In this document: positions 12,257-23,981 of the stretch, in pieces
Numbering within the stretch: position 1 is the stretch's first letter
Layout: each line of letters begins with the position of its first letter
NCBI RefSeq assembly: GCF_001194135.2
Contig: NC_068993.1
Location: 60,469,809-60,533,808, forward strand
Length of the DNA: 64,000 nt
Origin: Octopus bimaculoides
Taxonomy: Eukaryota
Reading direction: 5' to 3'
Program-made: the position numbers and the translations under genes
The notes under the pieces: generated by a model
Databases searched by the model: none
The model's input: only the letters and a program-made list of their open reading frames with translations
Told to the model about the DNA's origin: nothing

Positions 12257-13285
12257 ATCTTGGGTGCATAATAGCATTATCAAATTGTCCCAGTAATTTA
12301 TGGGTTTACTAAAAGTTAGCGGAGAATATAGTCTTTGTGTGTGGAAAATGTGCAGCTACAATAAGCCCTAAAAATATACGGACAACAGGCTCCCTCAAAT
12401 GCTCAGGTAGAAGTAGTAGATAGCTTTTGTTACCTAGGAGACCAAGTTAGCAGTGGGGGAAGGAGTACTGAAAGTGCAGTTGCTAGGATAAGAACAAGCT
12501 GGGAAAAGTTCAGAGAGCTTCTACTTTTGTTGGTAACTAAGGGCCTTTTGCTCTGAGTGAAAGGCAGAGTATGTTTTGTACCTGTGTATGTACAGCTGTG
12601 ATACATGGCAATAAAACATGGTCTTTGATGACAGAGGACTTGTGAAGGCTTAAAAGAAATGAAGCTAGCATACTCTGCTGGATGGGTAATGTCAGTGTGC
12701 ATGCATGACAGGTGTAAATGATTTAAGAGGAAAACTGGTTATGTAAGAGGCATCAGATGTTGTGTGCAAGGGAGAAGGGTGTGCTGGTTTGGTCATGTGA
12801 TGCGTATGAATGAGGGCAGCTGCATAAACAAGTGCCATGCTCTAATTGCAGAGGGAACCTGTGGAAGGGGTAGACCCAGGAAGACATGGGACGAAGTAGT
12901 GATAAAGGATCCTTGGGTACTGAGCAGCACAGAGGAAATGACAAGGGGTCAGGAGATATGGAAATTTGCTGTACTTGATAAGACATATCAAGTTAAGTAA
13001 AATGGCTGTCTTCCGCACACAGGCTTCTCCTTTCGGGGACTGGTGCCACTTAAAAAGCATGCTTGGTGGTGCCGCATTAACACACCTGTGTCAGTGCTAC
13101 ATAAATTCACCCACGCCAGTGGCACACAAGGAACACCCAGCACATTCTTTTAAGTGGTTAAAGTTAGGAAGGGCATCTAACCATAGAAACCATGCCTCAA
13201 CAGAGGGAGTTTGGACAGCTCCACAGCTGACCAGCTCCATGTCAAACCATCCAACCCATGCCAGCATGGAGAGTGGACATTAAAT
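12257..13285 (+). mobile_element. RTE LINE 3' fragment: RT C-terminal part plus 3' UTR (pseudogenised)
   Basis: FVCGKC, VEVVDSFCYLGD, VARIRTSWEKFRELL, RRVCWFGHVMRM and GRGRPRKTWDEVV with stops/frameshifts, followed by the tail ending GTGGACATTAAA. Confidence 0.92.
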
Positions 13286-13611
13286 CATCATCGTCGTCGT
13301 CATCATCGTTTAGCATCCGCTTTCCATGCTGGCATGGGTCAGATGGTTTGACTGAGGACTGGCAAGCCGGGAGGCTGCACCAGGCTCCAATCTGATCTGG
13401 CAAGGTTTCTGCAGCTGGAGCCCCTTCCTAACGCCAACCACTCCGAGAGTGTAGAGGGTGCTTTTTGCGTACCATTAGCACAGGGGCCAGTCGGGCAGTA
13501 CTGGCATCGACCATGCTTGAACAGTGCTTTTTACATGCCACCAGCACAGAAGCTAGTCAAACGGCACTGGTAACGACCATGCTTTTTACATGCTACCGGC
13601 ACAGGAGCCGG

Positions 13612-13612
<1 letters not shown>
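13286..13612 (-). mobile_element. RTE LINE 3' UTR, tail-to-tail with the previous element
   Basis: (CAT/CGT)n tail, CCATGCTGGCATGG and three GCTTTTT(A/G)C(A/G)T subrepeats. Confidence 0.88.
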
Positions 13613-13648
<36 letters not shown>

Positions 13649-13783
13649 CAATAATAACAACAATAATAATAATGATATGTTTATCTATTTAGATGAACAT
13701 ACTTAGGCCTCTTAAAATAAACTGATTGTCAGTATGTTTTATTAGAAACAATGAGTTTGACAAAATGCTTTTTGTTTCAACAG

Positions 13784-13830
<47 letters not shown>

Positions 13831-14029
13831 NNNNNNNNNNNNNNNNNNNNNNNNNNNNNNNNNNNNNNNNNNNNNNNNNNNNNNNNNNNNNNNNNNNNNN
13901 NNNNNNNNNNNNNNNNNNNNNNNNNNNNNNNNNNNNNNNNNNNNNNNNNNNNNNNNNNNNNNNNNNNNNNNNNNNNNNNNNNNNNNNNNNATATATATAT
14001 GTATATATATATGATCGGCCATTATTATG

Positions 14030-14215
14030 ATTGACCGTTGACTGAACACTATTCAATTTTTTTTCTCCGTGTTTTTCTCCTTGTCTCCGTATTCTTTCTG
14101 TTGAAGAGCGTAGCTCGAAACGTCAAAGACTTTCCGTATTCCCGAGCGTCATACTAATATATACTTTTGTTATTTACACCACCTGTCCTCGTCTGTTGTT
14201 ATTTTTTGTATATTC
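14030..14215 (+). mobile_element. Penelope-like pseudo-LTR fragment carrying a minimal hammerhead
   Basis: Contains the hammerhead motif below; CpG-richer than its neighbours; family assignment inferred from the known PLE-hammerhead association. Confidence 0.6.
14093..14129 (+). ncRNA. Minimal type I hammerhead ribozyme motif (core variant CUGUUGA)
   Basis: Stem I TCTTT(14093-97)/AAAGA(14125-29); core CTGTTGA; extra A; stem II GAGC-GTA-GCTC; GAAA; palindromic ACGT stem III; predicted GUC cleavage triplet ending at 14124. Confidence 0.7.
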
Positions 14216-14241
14216 TCCCATATATATATATATATATGTAA

Positions 14242-14274
<33 letters not shown>

Positions 14275-15339
14275 TATATATACACATACATATATGTATA
14301 TATGCATATGTATATACATGTGTGTTTATATGTATATATTTGCATATGTCTATATAAATATATATACGAAATACACAGGTGCACACACACACACACACAC
14401 ACACATTCAGAATTACAATAGGAATATTTAAAATTGGAATAATAGAATATATTAAAATGGAAATGTTTCATGATTTTAATAAGATATGCCTCTAAGGAAA
14501 TATGTTCCCTGTATTCAGAATGTTTCGTTCTATTTGGCGGTGGCAATGGTGGTGGTGGTGGTAGCAGTGGTGATGGTGGTGGTGGTGGCAGTGGTGGTGG
14601 TGGTGGTTTTGGCAGTAGTGATGCGGGTGGTGGTTTTGTTCTCTTTTGCTGGGTTATGTGCTTGACTACGTATAGCGGCTTAATCTTGTGAATATATTGA
14701 TTTCAAACAATATCAAAGGAATCCGCCCCCCCCACCACCACCACAAAAAAAGAAAGAAAGGTAAAATAAACCAAGTACAAAACAACATAGAGTACATCTT
14801 TATAAACTTCCATTGAGCGGCAATTTCATTTTTTTTTTTTTGTTTGTGTGTATGTTGTTTCTTTAAATGTGTTCTGAATTTGATCTAAAATGATGTTACA
14901 GTTATTTCGGAATATTAATCTTAGCAGAAGTGTTTGATTGGTGACAGAAAGTATTGCAGGTCCCGTTTGCTTGACGAGGCTAGTAGGATTTACTTCGGCA
15001 GATGTTACTAAGCTCCTTCGATGACGAGACACAATAATCTGTTATGAATAAAGGGTGCCAAACCTCCCCTGGTGCCAGGGGATCGTTTGGTACCAGGACA
15101 CAGAGAAAGAATAAATTTTAAAACTATATTTCTATTTCATTAACCATGTCCTTGCATTATATACATGTATATATATATATATATATATTATATATACCAT
15201 ATTTTAATGTGTATAAGGAACCCTCTAATTCTGGGGACTTAAAATTTGGAAAAAAGGTTTTGTAAGGGATTATAATACTATCCATGTATAAGAAACCCCC
15301 ATATTTCTTTAACCTAATTTTTGACGTAAAAGGGTTCTA

Positions 15340-15614
15340 CAGTTCCATATTTAAGAGATGAGGAATTATGTACATTATTTACATTATTTACATTTGACAG
15401 ATATTTGTCCTCGTCTTGTTTGTCGTTAACAGAAAGTTTCGGCTGATATACCCGCCAGCCTTCATCAGGTGTCTTGGGGAAATTTCAAACCTGGGTTCTC
15501 ATTCCTAAGGTATTTTTCGATGTTGTTATTGTTATTATTATTATTCAGGTCATTGCCTGGAATCAAATTTGGAATCATGGGGTTAGTAACCCGCACGCTT
15601 AACCACTACGCCAT
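15340..15614 (-). mobile_element. tRNA-headed SINE with (AAT)n spacer and Penelope-like hammerhead tail
   Basis: Reverse complement reads ATGGCGTAGTGGTTAAGC (A box)...TTTGATTCC (B-like)...(AAT)n...AAGACACCTGATGAAGGCTG..CAGCCGAAAC...; homologous to 59026-59269. Confidence 0.85.
15428..15475 (-). ncRNA. Degenerate minimal hammerhead motif in SINE tail
   Basis: GACAC-CTGATGA-A-GGCTG(loop 10)CAGCC-GAAAC-TTT-CTGTT; intact core and stem II, closing pair of stem I mismatched. Confidence 0.5.
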
Positions 15615-15772
15615 AATAATAATAATAATAATAATAATAATAGTAACATCAAAAAATACCTTAGGAATGAGAACCCAGGTTCGAAATTTCCCCAAGACAC
15701 CTGAAGAAGGCTGGAGGGTATATCAGTCGAAACATTATGTTAACAACAAACAAGATTAGGACAAATATCCAG
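15615..15772 (+). mobile_element. Headless 3' part of the same hammerhead-SINE, inverted relative to the preceding copy
   Basis: (AAT)n then AAAAATACCTTAGGAATGAGAACCCAGG...GACACCTGAAGAAGGCTG..CAGTCGAAAC. Confidence 0.85.
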
Positions 15773-15841
15773 ATATTGCTGGTTTAAATGCTAAAAGGTT
15801 AAAAGGTCTGAGAGGGAACCAAACCACAGAAACAATATTAA

Positions 15842-16057
15842 CCCTTTAAGCAGTCAGGGTTCTTTGTCAAATTTTATGTTTCTTTGTAATTTACATTGTT
15901 TTGAATTAATCCTGGATTATCTCATAGCTTCAAGATTTCAAATTATGTGATTGCTTAGTTTTAGAATGACATTGTAGGGCAGGTGTGAGAGATTGGATTT
16001 TAACATAAAATAGGGAGAATATTTGAGCCAGATATGACCAGATTAAATGCTAAAGAC
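15842..16057. mobile_element. piggyBac-like MITE (TTAA-flanked)
   Basis: TTAA|CCCTTTAAGCA ... TGCTAAAGAC|TTAA; body homologous in reverse to 23668-23980. Confidence 0.65.
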
Positions 16058-16209
16058 TTAAACTACACTCCTTTCTGTCTGTGACTACTTTTTGTTTTTA
16101 GTGCCAGACCACAAATATATAAAAGAAGGACTGGAATTGGTCCAGTGGTGCTTCTTTGCCTGTTTTATTACCGTTTGCAGAATCTTCATCATATTGGACA
16201 CAATGGTAA

Positions 16210-16580
16210 GTGGCATTTCTTCTTGCAACTTGCATTCTGAGTTCAAATTCTGATGAGGGCAACTGTCTTTCATTCTTTTTTTGGGGGCAGGGCTCAATAA
16301 AAAAATACCAGTTAATTACTGGAATCAAACTAATTGATTTGTCCCTCTGTCTAAAAAAATTGCTGGCTTTGTGCTAAAATTTGAAACCATTATATAAGTG
16401 GTAAGATGGCAGAATAATTGCCATATCCAACAAAATGGTAAGTTCAGATTCTGCCAAGGATAATTTTGTCATTCCTTCTTTCAAGGTCGTTAGAATGAGT
16501 ACCAGTAAAACGCTAGGGTCAATGTAATCGATTTGACCTCCTTCATTCAAAATTGCTGACTTGATACCAAAATTTGAAAG
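16210..16580 (+). mobile_element. Two tandem diverged copies of tRNA-derived SINE family B
   Basis: TCTGAGTTCAAATTC B box, AATACCAGT, AATTGCTG(G/A)CTT..CCAAAATTTGAAA end; homologous to 45363-45580. Confidence 0.7.
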
Positions 16581-16799
16581 GGTTTTGTTATTCTAACGAC
16601 AGTTGTTGTCATTGATGCTGTTGTTTGTCATGATGTTGTTGTTGTTAACTAAATGTTGCCACATCTTGTTTTGATAGAAAAACGAACATTTGAAAGAGGT
16701 AAAAAAAAAAAAAGATAGCAAAAATGGAAAACAACCTGCCGATGGGACAGAGCCGAAAACGGAAGGAAGGATGCATACTAAACAAAACAAAATAAACAT

Positions 16800-16992
16800 G
16801 TTCACACACACACACACACATACATGCACACACACATGCACTTACATGCACACACGCACACATGCACATACATACATACATACATACATTCATACATAAG
16901 CACATGCATACATACATGTATACATGCATATATATATACATATATACATATATATATACACACACATATATACATATATACATATACACATA

Positions 16993-17072
<80 letters not shown>

Positions 17073-17100
17073 TGCACACACACACATACATATGTATATA
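16800..17100. repeat. Compound (CA)n/(CATA)n/(TA)n microsatellite
   Basis: Direct reading. Confidence 0.95.
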
Positions 17101-17109
17101 TGCATTTAT

Positions 17110-17245
17110 TTGGCGTTAGGAAGGGCATCCAGCTGTAGAAACTCTGCCAAATTTAGATTGGAGGCTGGTGTTGCCATCCGGTTTCACCAGTCCTCAGTCA
17201 AGTCGTCCAACCCATGCTAGCATGGAAAGCGGACGTTAAACGATG
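17110..17245 (+). mobile_element. RTE LINE 3' tail
   Basis: TTGGCGTTAGGAAGGGCATCC...CCATGCTAGCATGGAAAGCGGACGTTAAACGATG. Confidence 0.85.
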
Positions 17246-17350
17246 NNNNNNNNNNNNNNNNNNNNNNNNNNNNNNNNNNNNNNNNNNNNNNNNNNNNNNN
17301 NNNNNNNNNNNNNNNNNNNNNNNNNNNNNNNNNNNNNNNNNNNNTATATA

Positions 17351-17402
<52 letters not shown>

Positions 17403-17819
17403 TACACACATATATATATATATATATATATCATCATCATCATCATCATCATATATATTCAAATTCAAAACCAAGAAGAATTCTTCAAAACAAAAACAAA
17501 CAAAAAAAACAAAGCTAAACAGCGAAATAAATAAAAACAAAAAAACATAAAGTGTAAGTGAAACTGAAACCAAAATCAAAACGAAAACGAAGAGAGAATC
17601 TGAGGTAAATCGGAAGCAAAGGGATTTAGCTCTGGCGCTACCATTTCCTTCATTCCCTCCCAATTCCACTTTTGGTCTGTTTTATCGATTCGTTTAGCTT
17701 TAAATTCTTTGTTTTGATTACTTTTCAATTTATTTCTATTTTTTTTGTTTTGTTCATTTTCTTTGAATTCTTGTATTCTTCAAAATTTTGATTTCATTGT
17801 ACTACCAATGTTGTCGTTG

Positions 17820-17858
17820 TTGTTAGTGTTGCTGTTGTTGTGGTTATTATTATTATTA

Positions 17859-17902
<44 letters not shown>

Positions 17903-17903
17903 G

Positions 17904-17983
<80 letters not shown>

Positions 17984-17985
17984 TA
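17820..17985. repeat. (TTG)/(TTA)n/(TAG)n compound trinucleotide repeat
   Basis: Direct reading. Confidence 0.95.
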
Positions 17986-18451
17986 GGAATTTTTCAGGAT
18001 ATTTTTTAGGCTAGAAATAGTGTTGGTAGGATTGGTGGTGGGGGGGGGAGGATGAGCAAATCAACGTGAGGAAGAAACTGAGATATATATATATAGAGAG
18101 AGAAGGAGATTGAAGGAGAAGGGGTTGGGGAGAGAATCGGTTTGTGAGGGAATGAGAGAGAAAATACAGAGACGTAGAGAAATAGAAATGGAGAGGGTGA
18201 GACAGAGAAAGCGAAAGACTAGAAGTTAAAGAGAGAGAGAGAGAGAGGAGGGACAGGAGGGGACAAAAAGAGAGGGAGAGGAGAACAGAGAGAGAGAGGG
18301 GACAGAGAAAGAGGGTGACAGAAAGAGAGGGGGATAGAGAAAGTGATAATGTAGAGATAAGACGGAGAATAAAAATGGTAAAACGGAATAAAGGTAAGAG
18401 AGAATAAAGGAAGGGTTACAAGAAGGAGAGAATTGGGGAAGAAAGAGAAAG

Positions 18452-18487
<36 letters not shown>

Positions 18488-18930
18488 TTAGCTTGGAAGA
18501 TAGAGTGATAGATACGTAAGTATCAATACACATACATCAATCAGTTCATATAAGATAGACATATATGCATACACACACACACGCACACACACACACACAC
18601 CAGACACATACATGGTTGCGTACATACATGGATACATTCATACATGTATATGTACATACACACACACAGTCATACACACACGCAGTCATACACACACATA
18701 CACATATTATATATATATAGAGAGAGAGAGAAAGAGAGACAGACAGACAGACAGATAGACAGACAGACAGACAGATAGACAGACAGACAGACGAGGATTG
18801 ATTGATTGACAAGAGAAAAAGTTAATGATAGATATGTCCTCTCTCTCTCTCTTTCTCTCACACACATACACGCACACACACATATACATACATGCATACA
18901 TATATGTAAGTAAACATATTTAAATATGTG

Positions 18931-18961
<31 letters not shown>

Positions 18962-19154
18962 TTATGCATATTGATATAATATATAGCATCATTGTCATTT
19001 AACATCCATTTTTGATGATGATCATGATGATGATGCTGATGATATATATGTATACCTATAGCTATATATGTGTGTGTATGCGTGTGTGTGTAAATAGACA
19101 TAAACTATATCTATATATAAATCTACGTATATAAATATATATTTGTCAAATATA

Positions 19155-19202
<48 letters not shown>

Positions 19203-19702
19203 TATACATATGTCTATATTTATATATATATGTCTATATANNNNNNNNNNNNNNNNNNNNNNNNNNNNNNNNNNNNNNNNNNNNNNNNNNNNNNNNNNNN
19301 NNNNNNNNNNNNNNNNNNNNNNNNNNNNNNNNNNNNNNNNNNNNNNNNNNNNNNNNNNNNNNNNNNNNNNNNNNNNNNNNNNNNNNNNNNNNNNNNNNNN
19401 NNNNNNNNNNNNNNNNNNNNNNNNNNNNNNNNNNNNNNNNNNNNNNNNNNNNNNNNNNNNNNNNNNNNNNNNNNNNNNNNNNNNNNNNNNNNNNNNNNNN
19501 NNNNNNNNNNNNNNNNNNNNNNNNNNNNNNNNNNNNNNNNNNNNNNNNNNNNNNNNNNNNNNNNNNNNNNNNNNNNNNNNNNNNNNNNNNNNNNNNNNNN
19601 NNNNNNNNNNNNNNNNNNNNNNNNNNNNNNNNNNNNNNNNNNNNNNNNNNNNNNNNNNNNNNNNNNNNNNNNNNNNNNNNNNNNNNNTATGTATATATCA
19701 AC

Positions 19703-19778
<76 letters not shown>

Positions 19779-20059
19779 GCATGTATGTATATATGAATAC
19801 ATATATGTGAATACACGCACACGTGTATGTGTGTGTGTGTGAATGTGTTTTACTTGTAAAAAAAGGAAATAAACGTGAGCTGTAATGAAGCATGGCAAGA
19901 AAGAAAGACAATGAGATGTAAATCAATGGAGGGTGGGGTGGGGAGGAGGAGGAGGAGGAGGGGTGAGACTGAGGATATAATTAATGTAATTCTTGTATAA
20001 ATTGGAACGTTAGACATGGTGGGTTTGGTGGCGGGAGTGGGTGGCTGTTGTATATGGAG

Positions 20060-20162
20060 CACACATCATTATCATCATCATTATCATCATCATTATCATC
20101 ATCATTATCACGACCATCACCATCAACGCTGTCATCATCATCATCATCAACATCATCAACAT

Positions 20163-20193
<31 letters not shown>

Positions 20194-20340
20194 AGCATTG
20201 TTACCTTTTATCATTATCATAACCCTATCCAAACTATTGCTACTACTACTACTACTACCACCATCACCACCACCACCACTACTACTACTACAAGTGCTGC
20301 TGTACAGCCTAATTTTGGTGGTGGTGGTAGTGGTGTTCTT
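20060..20340. repeat. (CAT)n/(CAG)/(CTA)/(CAC) compound trinucleotide repeat
   Basis: Direct reading. Confidence 0.9.
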
Positions 20341-20524
20341 CCAAGAATTGGAAAAGTACATTCAATAATTCTTTCCATCATTCCCTGAGTCCTCAACTCC
20401 TGATCATCACTGTTATATCATCAATGCTATTATCACCATCATCATCAACATCGTTATCTCAGTGATGTTAGTAGATGATGCATTCATTGAGACAAAGAAA
20501 GAAGAAATAGCGATTTATGACAGG

Positions 20525-21170
20525 ATAGCATGCAAGACAACTGGGAGCTTCTTTGAGAAAACCTGCTGGAAGCTGCAGACCTGATCTATAAATGGACCAA
20601 AGCTTCCACCAGAAAGAAGGTGACATGGAATGGTGGAATGGTTTAGTAGACAAAGCTATAAAAGTTAAGAAACAGATTTAGAAAGAGAAGGCAAAAGGAA
20701 AAGAATTAGATTCAATTTTAGGTGAGTAAAAGACAAGTTAGGCATCAGGTGGACTTTGTGAGTCGAGAAGGAGAAGATAAGAGGTTTGCAAGTGTTATGT
20801 AGAATGTGGAGCAAAGGACATCAGGTATCCTGGATTGCAAGGCAAGATGTTGCTATGAATCAGGCCATCCCTGGTGAAAAGTGGGAATGTAATGATGTTT
20901 GTTTTTTTTTTTTTCTACAAAGTGTGATGTGGCAAAGAAGAGTGACATAAGCCATGAAAGTGGAGGATGTACAAGGCTGGAAAGAAATGGGGCAAGCATG
21001 CTACAATGTATGTGTTTGAATGACATTTGAATTGAAAGGGAATCTGGATATAAGGGGATTTGGATAGAGAGAAGAGCAGAAGTGAAGACTGGGATGGTAC
21101 AGACATGTGATGGCTTTGGAAGATGATGGTTGGTTAAAATCTCTGGGAAAGGAAGATTGAATAAGATATG
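20525..21170 (+). mobile_element. Old RTE LINE relic with a large internal deletion
   Basis: NWELL*ENLLEAADL..KVTW/WWNGLVDKAIK and WIARQ..NQAIPGEK (EN-RT linker) are joined at a poly-T to RLERNGASML..MC and RLGWYRHVM (RT C-terminus); the RT core is missing. Confidence 0.75.
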
Positions 21171-21224
21171 GGAAGAAAGCGTTGAAATCTGTTACCACAT
21201 ATAAATAACAGTAATATATTACTT

Positions 21225-21405
21225 TCAAATTTAGGCACAAGGCCAGCAATTTCAGGGGAAGGGTTTAGCCGATTACATCGACACTGGTACTTATTTTATC
21301 GACCCCAAAAAGGACAAAAGTCAAAGGTGACTTCTGCAGAATTTGAACTCAGGATGTAAAGACAAATGCCCGATGTACTAACAATTCTACCAGCTCATCA
21401 CCTTA
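21225..21405 (-). mobile_element. SINE family B
   Basis: TTTAGGCACAAGGCCAGCAATTT..GATTACATCGAC..GGTACTTATTTTATCGACCCC..GAATTTGAACTCAG. Confidence 0.8.
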
Positions 21406-22879
21406 GAAATAACAGTAATATATTGAGGTGTTTAGTTAATCATATTCGCCCTCGTCAAATCTATGATCTTGTGAGCAACTATTTTGAAATAGGTTGGTTG
21501 ACTGCAACTTGAAAAGCAAAGGTCAGAAATGGCGACCTCCTGTTAGTTTAGTTCTATTTTTCTTCTATTCAAAATCTAAAATTATTTTACAAGATCAAAT
21601 AAAATTGACCTTTTGGTAAACAGCCTTTAACCTGGATGTTTAGATAGGTTAGATTTCAACAACTTCCAGGCTTAAATATCTAGATCAAAACCAGTGACCT
21701 CCAATTCATTTCTGTTATTGAAGAAACCTAACAAGAGAACTGATGTGATATTAGGCAACCAGCTTGCTGGCTTTAGGTTCAAATCCAGAACAGGTTTTTG
21801 TTTTTTTTCTTCATTATGTATTTATGAAGTAGAAGTGATTCTGCATGGATTATGTGTTCAAAACTGGTGCTTGTATTCTTTTGCTATTTAACTCCAAATC
21901 AATCTTGATCAAGTAAACCTACAGTCAAAGACGGTTCATCCATGCCCATCCTGTCTTGTTTTTAGATATAGTTTATATAAGACTACATTATTCAAAATCT
22001 TATCTTTTTAAAATAGCAGGCTGTGATTTTTAAGAAGTTTTAGCTTCTATTTCTAGCAGACTTTAGGAACCCACCAGGCCAGTAGGAACCAACCAGGCTA
22101 TTTGGAAATGTTCCATAAATACACATCTTATCCAGTATGTGATTTACCCCAAGTTTGCTTAATGCCATGAAACAGAAACCAAATACCCAAACTGAAGAAT
22201 TTATCTTGTGACACAAGAAACATTAATCTTCTTCATATGGAACAGTTAATTCTACATATCAGAGTTGACCAAATTGTTGAAAATAGTTACAGAATCATCT
22301 GAAGAATATTCACTGAGTTGGAGTCGTGTCTTATCCAGGAAAGGATTTCACTGTCTTAATCTAACATCATGGAATCACAGCAAAACATTGGCCCTTAAGA
22401 ATCTCTGAGGTCAGTCTTAAGGGAACAGTGTATTTCTTAAATTTGTATCACATTTTTGTTACATTGGTATTAGCATTGCTTTTATACTACATGTGGTATA
22501 TCACATGTGGATACATGTGTATCACATTTTTGTTACATTANNNNNNNNNNNNNNNNNNNNNNNNNNNNNNNNNNNNNNNNNNNNNNCACATTTTTGTTAC
22601 ATTGGTATTAGCATTGCTTTTATACTACATGTGGTATATCACATGTGGATACATGTGTATCACATTTTTGTTACATTAGTATTAGCATTTCTTTTGGGCT
22701 ACATGTGGTATGTTTGGGTTACATTTAACTTTTATCTTTTACTTGTTTCAGTCATTAGACTGCAGCCACCTTCAAAGTCTAATGAAGCAAATTAAATTCT
22801 AGTATTTACAGAAAGAAAAAGAAAAAAAACTGCAATCAGAGAATTGATTTCTTACAAATATTAGTGAAGAAATAATTTC

Positions 22880-23660
22880 AAAGATCGAATCCAGCAATCT
22901 TTATCTTGTCAGTTGGGATCAATTATTTTCAACGATCAAATTTATTGACCTTTCACTTCACATGTCACTCTGATGAATCAAATATTTTCAAAAATCAAAT
23001 CCTATAACCTTTGCTGTGTTCTTCAAGAGGGTCTATAATTCTAAAAAGTTAACTCTCTGATCTTCAATATATTACTCACAAAAACTAAATATATTCGTGG
23101 TTCAAAGAGAGTGTTCAAATTGGGTGTTCTGTGTCATATTACTTCCTTCAGTCATATATTTCCAAAAGAGCAAACCCAGTAACCTCCTGTATCATATTTC
23201 CCAACATACAAGTCAGTGTAGTACATAGTGGAAACATGTAGTACAAACATGTAGTGTAAACATGGAGTGTAAACATTCAAACATAGTCACTATCTTTTCA
23301 AATCCAGTTGTATTTCACTTAGAAATTTTGGTCCTCCAAAGTCGTCTTCATGTATAATTCCTCCTACCTATTTTTGGCCATAAATTTTGGCCTGAAAAAT
23401 TCCACTTGTATCTTGGAAAATATAGTATTTTACTCTCGCGAATTAAGTATTTCTGAAGGTCAGATCCAGTGTCCGTTTCTTTGGTACTTCAGCAAATCAA
23501 ACATTTCCAGAGAGCAAATCCAGTGACCTTGGTATGTTACTCAAGAGCATATTAATATTTTTGAAGGTCAAATCCAGCAACATTTGGTATTTAACTCAAG
23601 AGGATAAAATGCTTTCAAAGTTTAAACTTTGTCACTTTGTTATGTTATTCTAAGAAATCC
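22880..23660. repeat. Highly degenerate tandem array, about 55-60 bp unit (…AAGGTCAAATCCAGTGACCTTTGGTATGTTACTCAAGAG…)
   Basis: Recurrent CA(A/G)ATCCAG core at about 22895, 23300, 23465, 23520 and 23572 with similar flanks. Confidence 0.5.
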
Positions 23661-23817
23661 GATGACCCTTTAGCATTTCATCCAGCCAGATCTGACCCAA
23701 ATATTCTGCCTGTTTTATGTTCAAACAGATTAGGTCTGACCTCTCACACCTACCCTACAATGTCATTCTAAAAATAAACAATCACATTATCAAAATCTCA
23801 AAGCTGCAAGATAATGC

Positions 23818-23829
23818 AGATCGGAAGAG
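23818..23829 (+). other. Illumina adapter remnant (AGATCGGAAGAG) at a gap edge
   Basis: Exact match to the standard adapter prefix, directly before Ns; the sequence after the gap repeats 23741-23818 and continues without it. Confidence 0.92.
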
Positions 23830-23981
23830 NNNNNNNNNNNNNNNNNNNNNNNNNNNNTCTCACACCTACCCTACAATGTCATTCTAAAAATAAACAATCA
23901 CATTATCAAAATCTCAAAGCTGCAAGATAATGCATGATTAATTCTAAACAATGTGAATTAATAAGTATTACATTTCTCAGA

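Noticed and set aside
22449-22720. 74-bp minisatellite or CRISPR-like array
   Set aside because: The two identical units flank an N-gap with overlapping ends; this is most simply a false duplication of one unit plus one diverged unit; no spacers or cas genes, eukaryotic context
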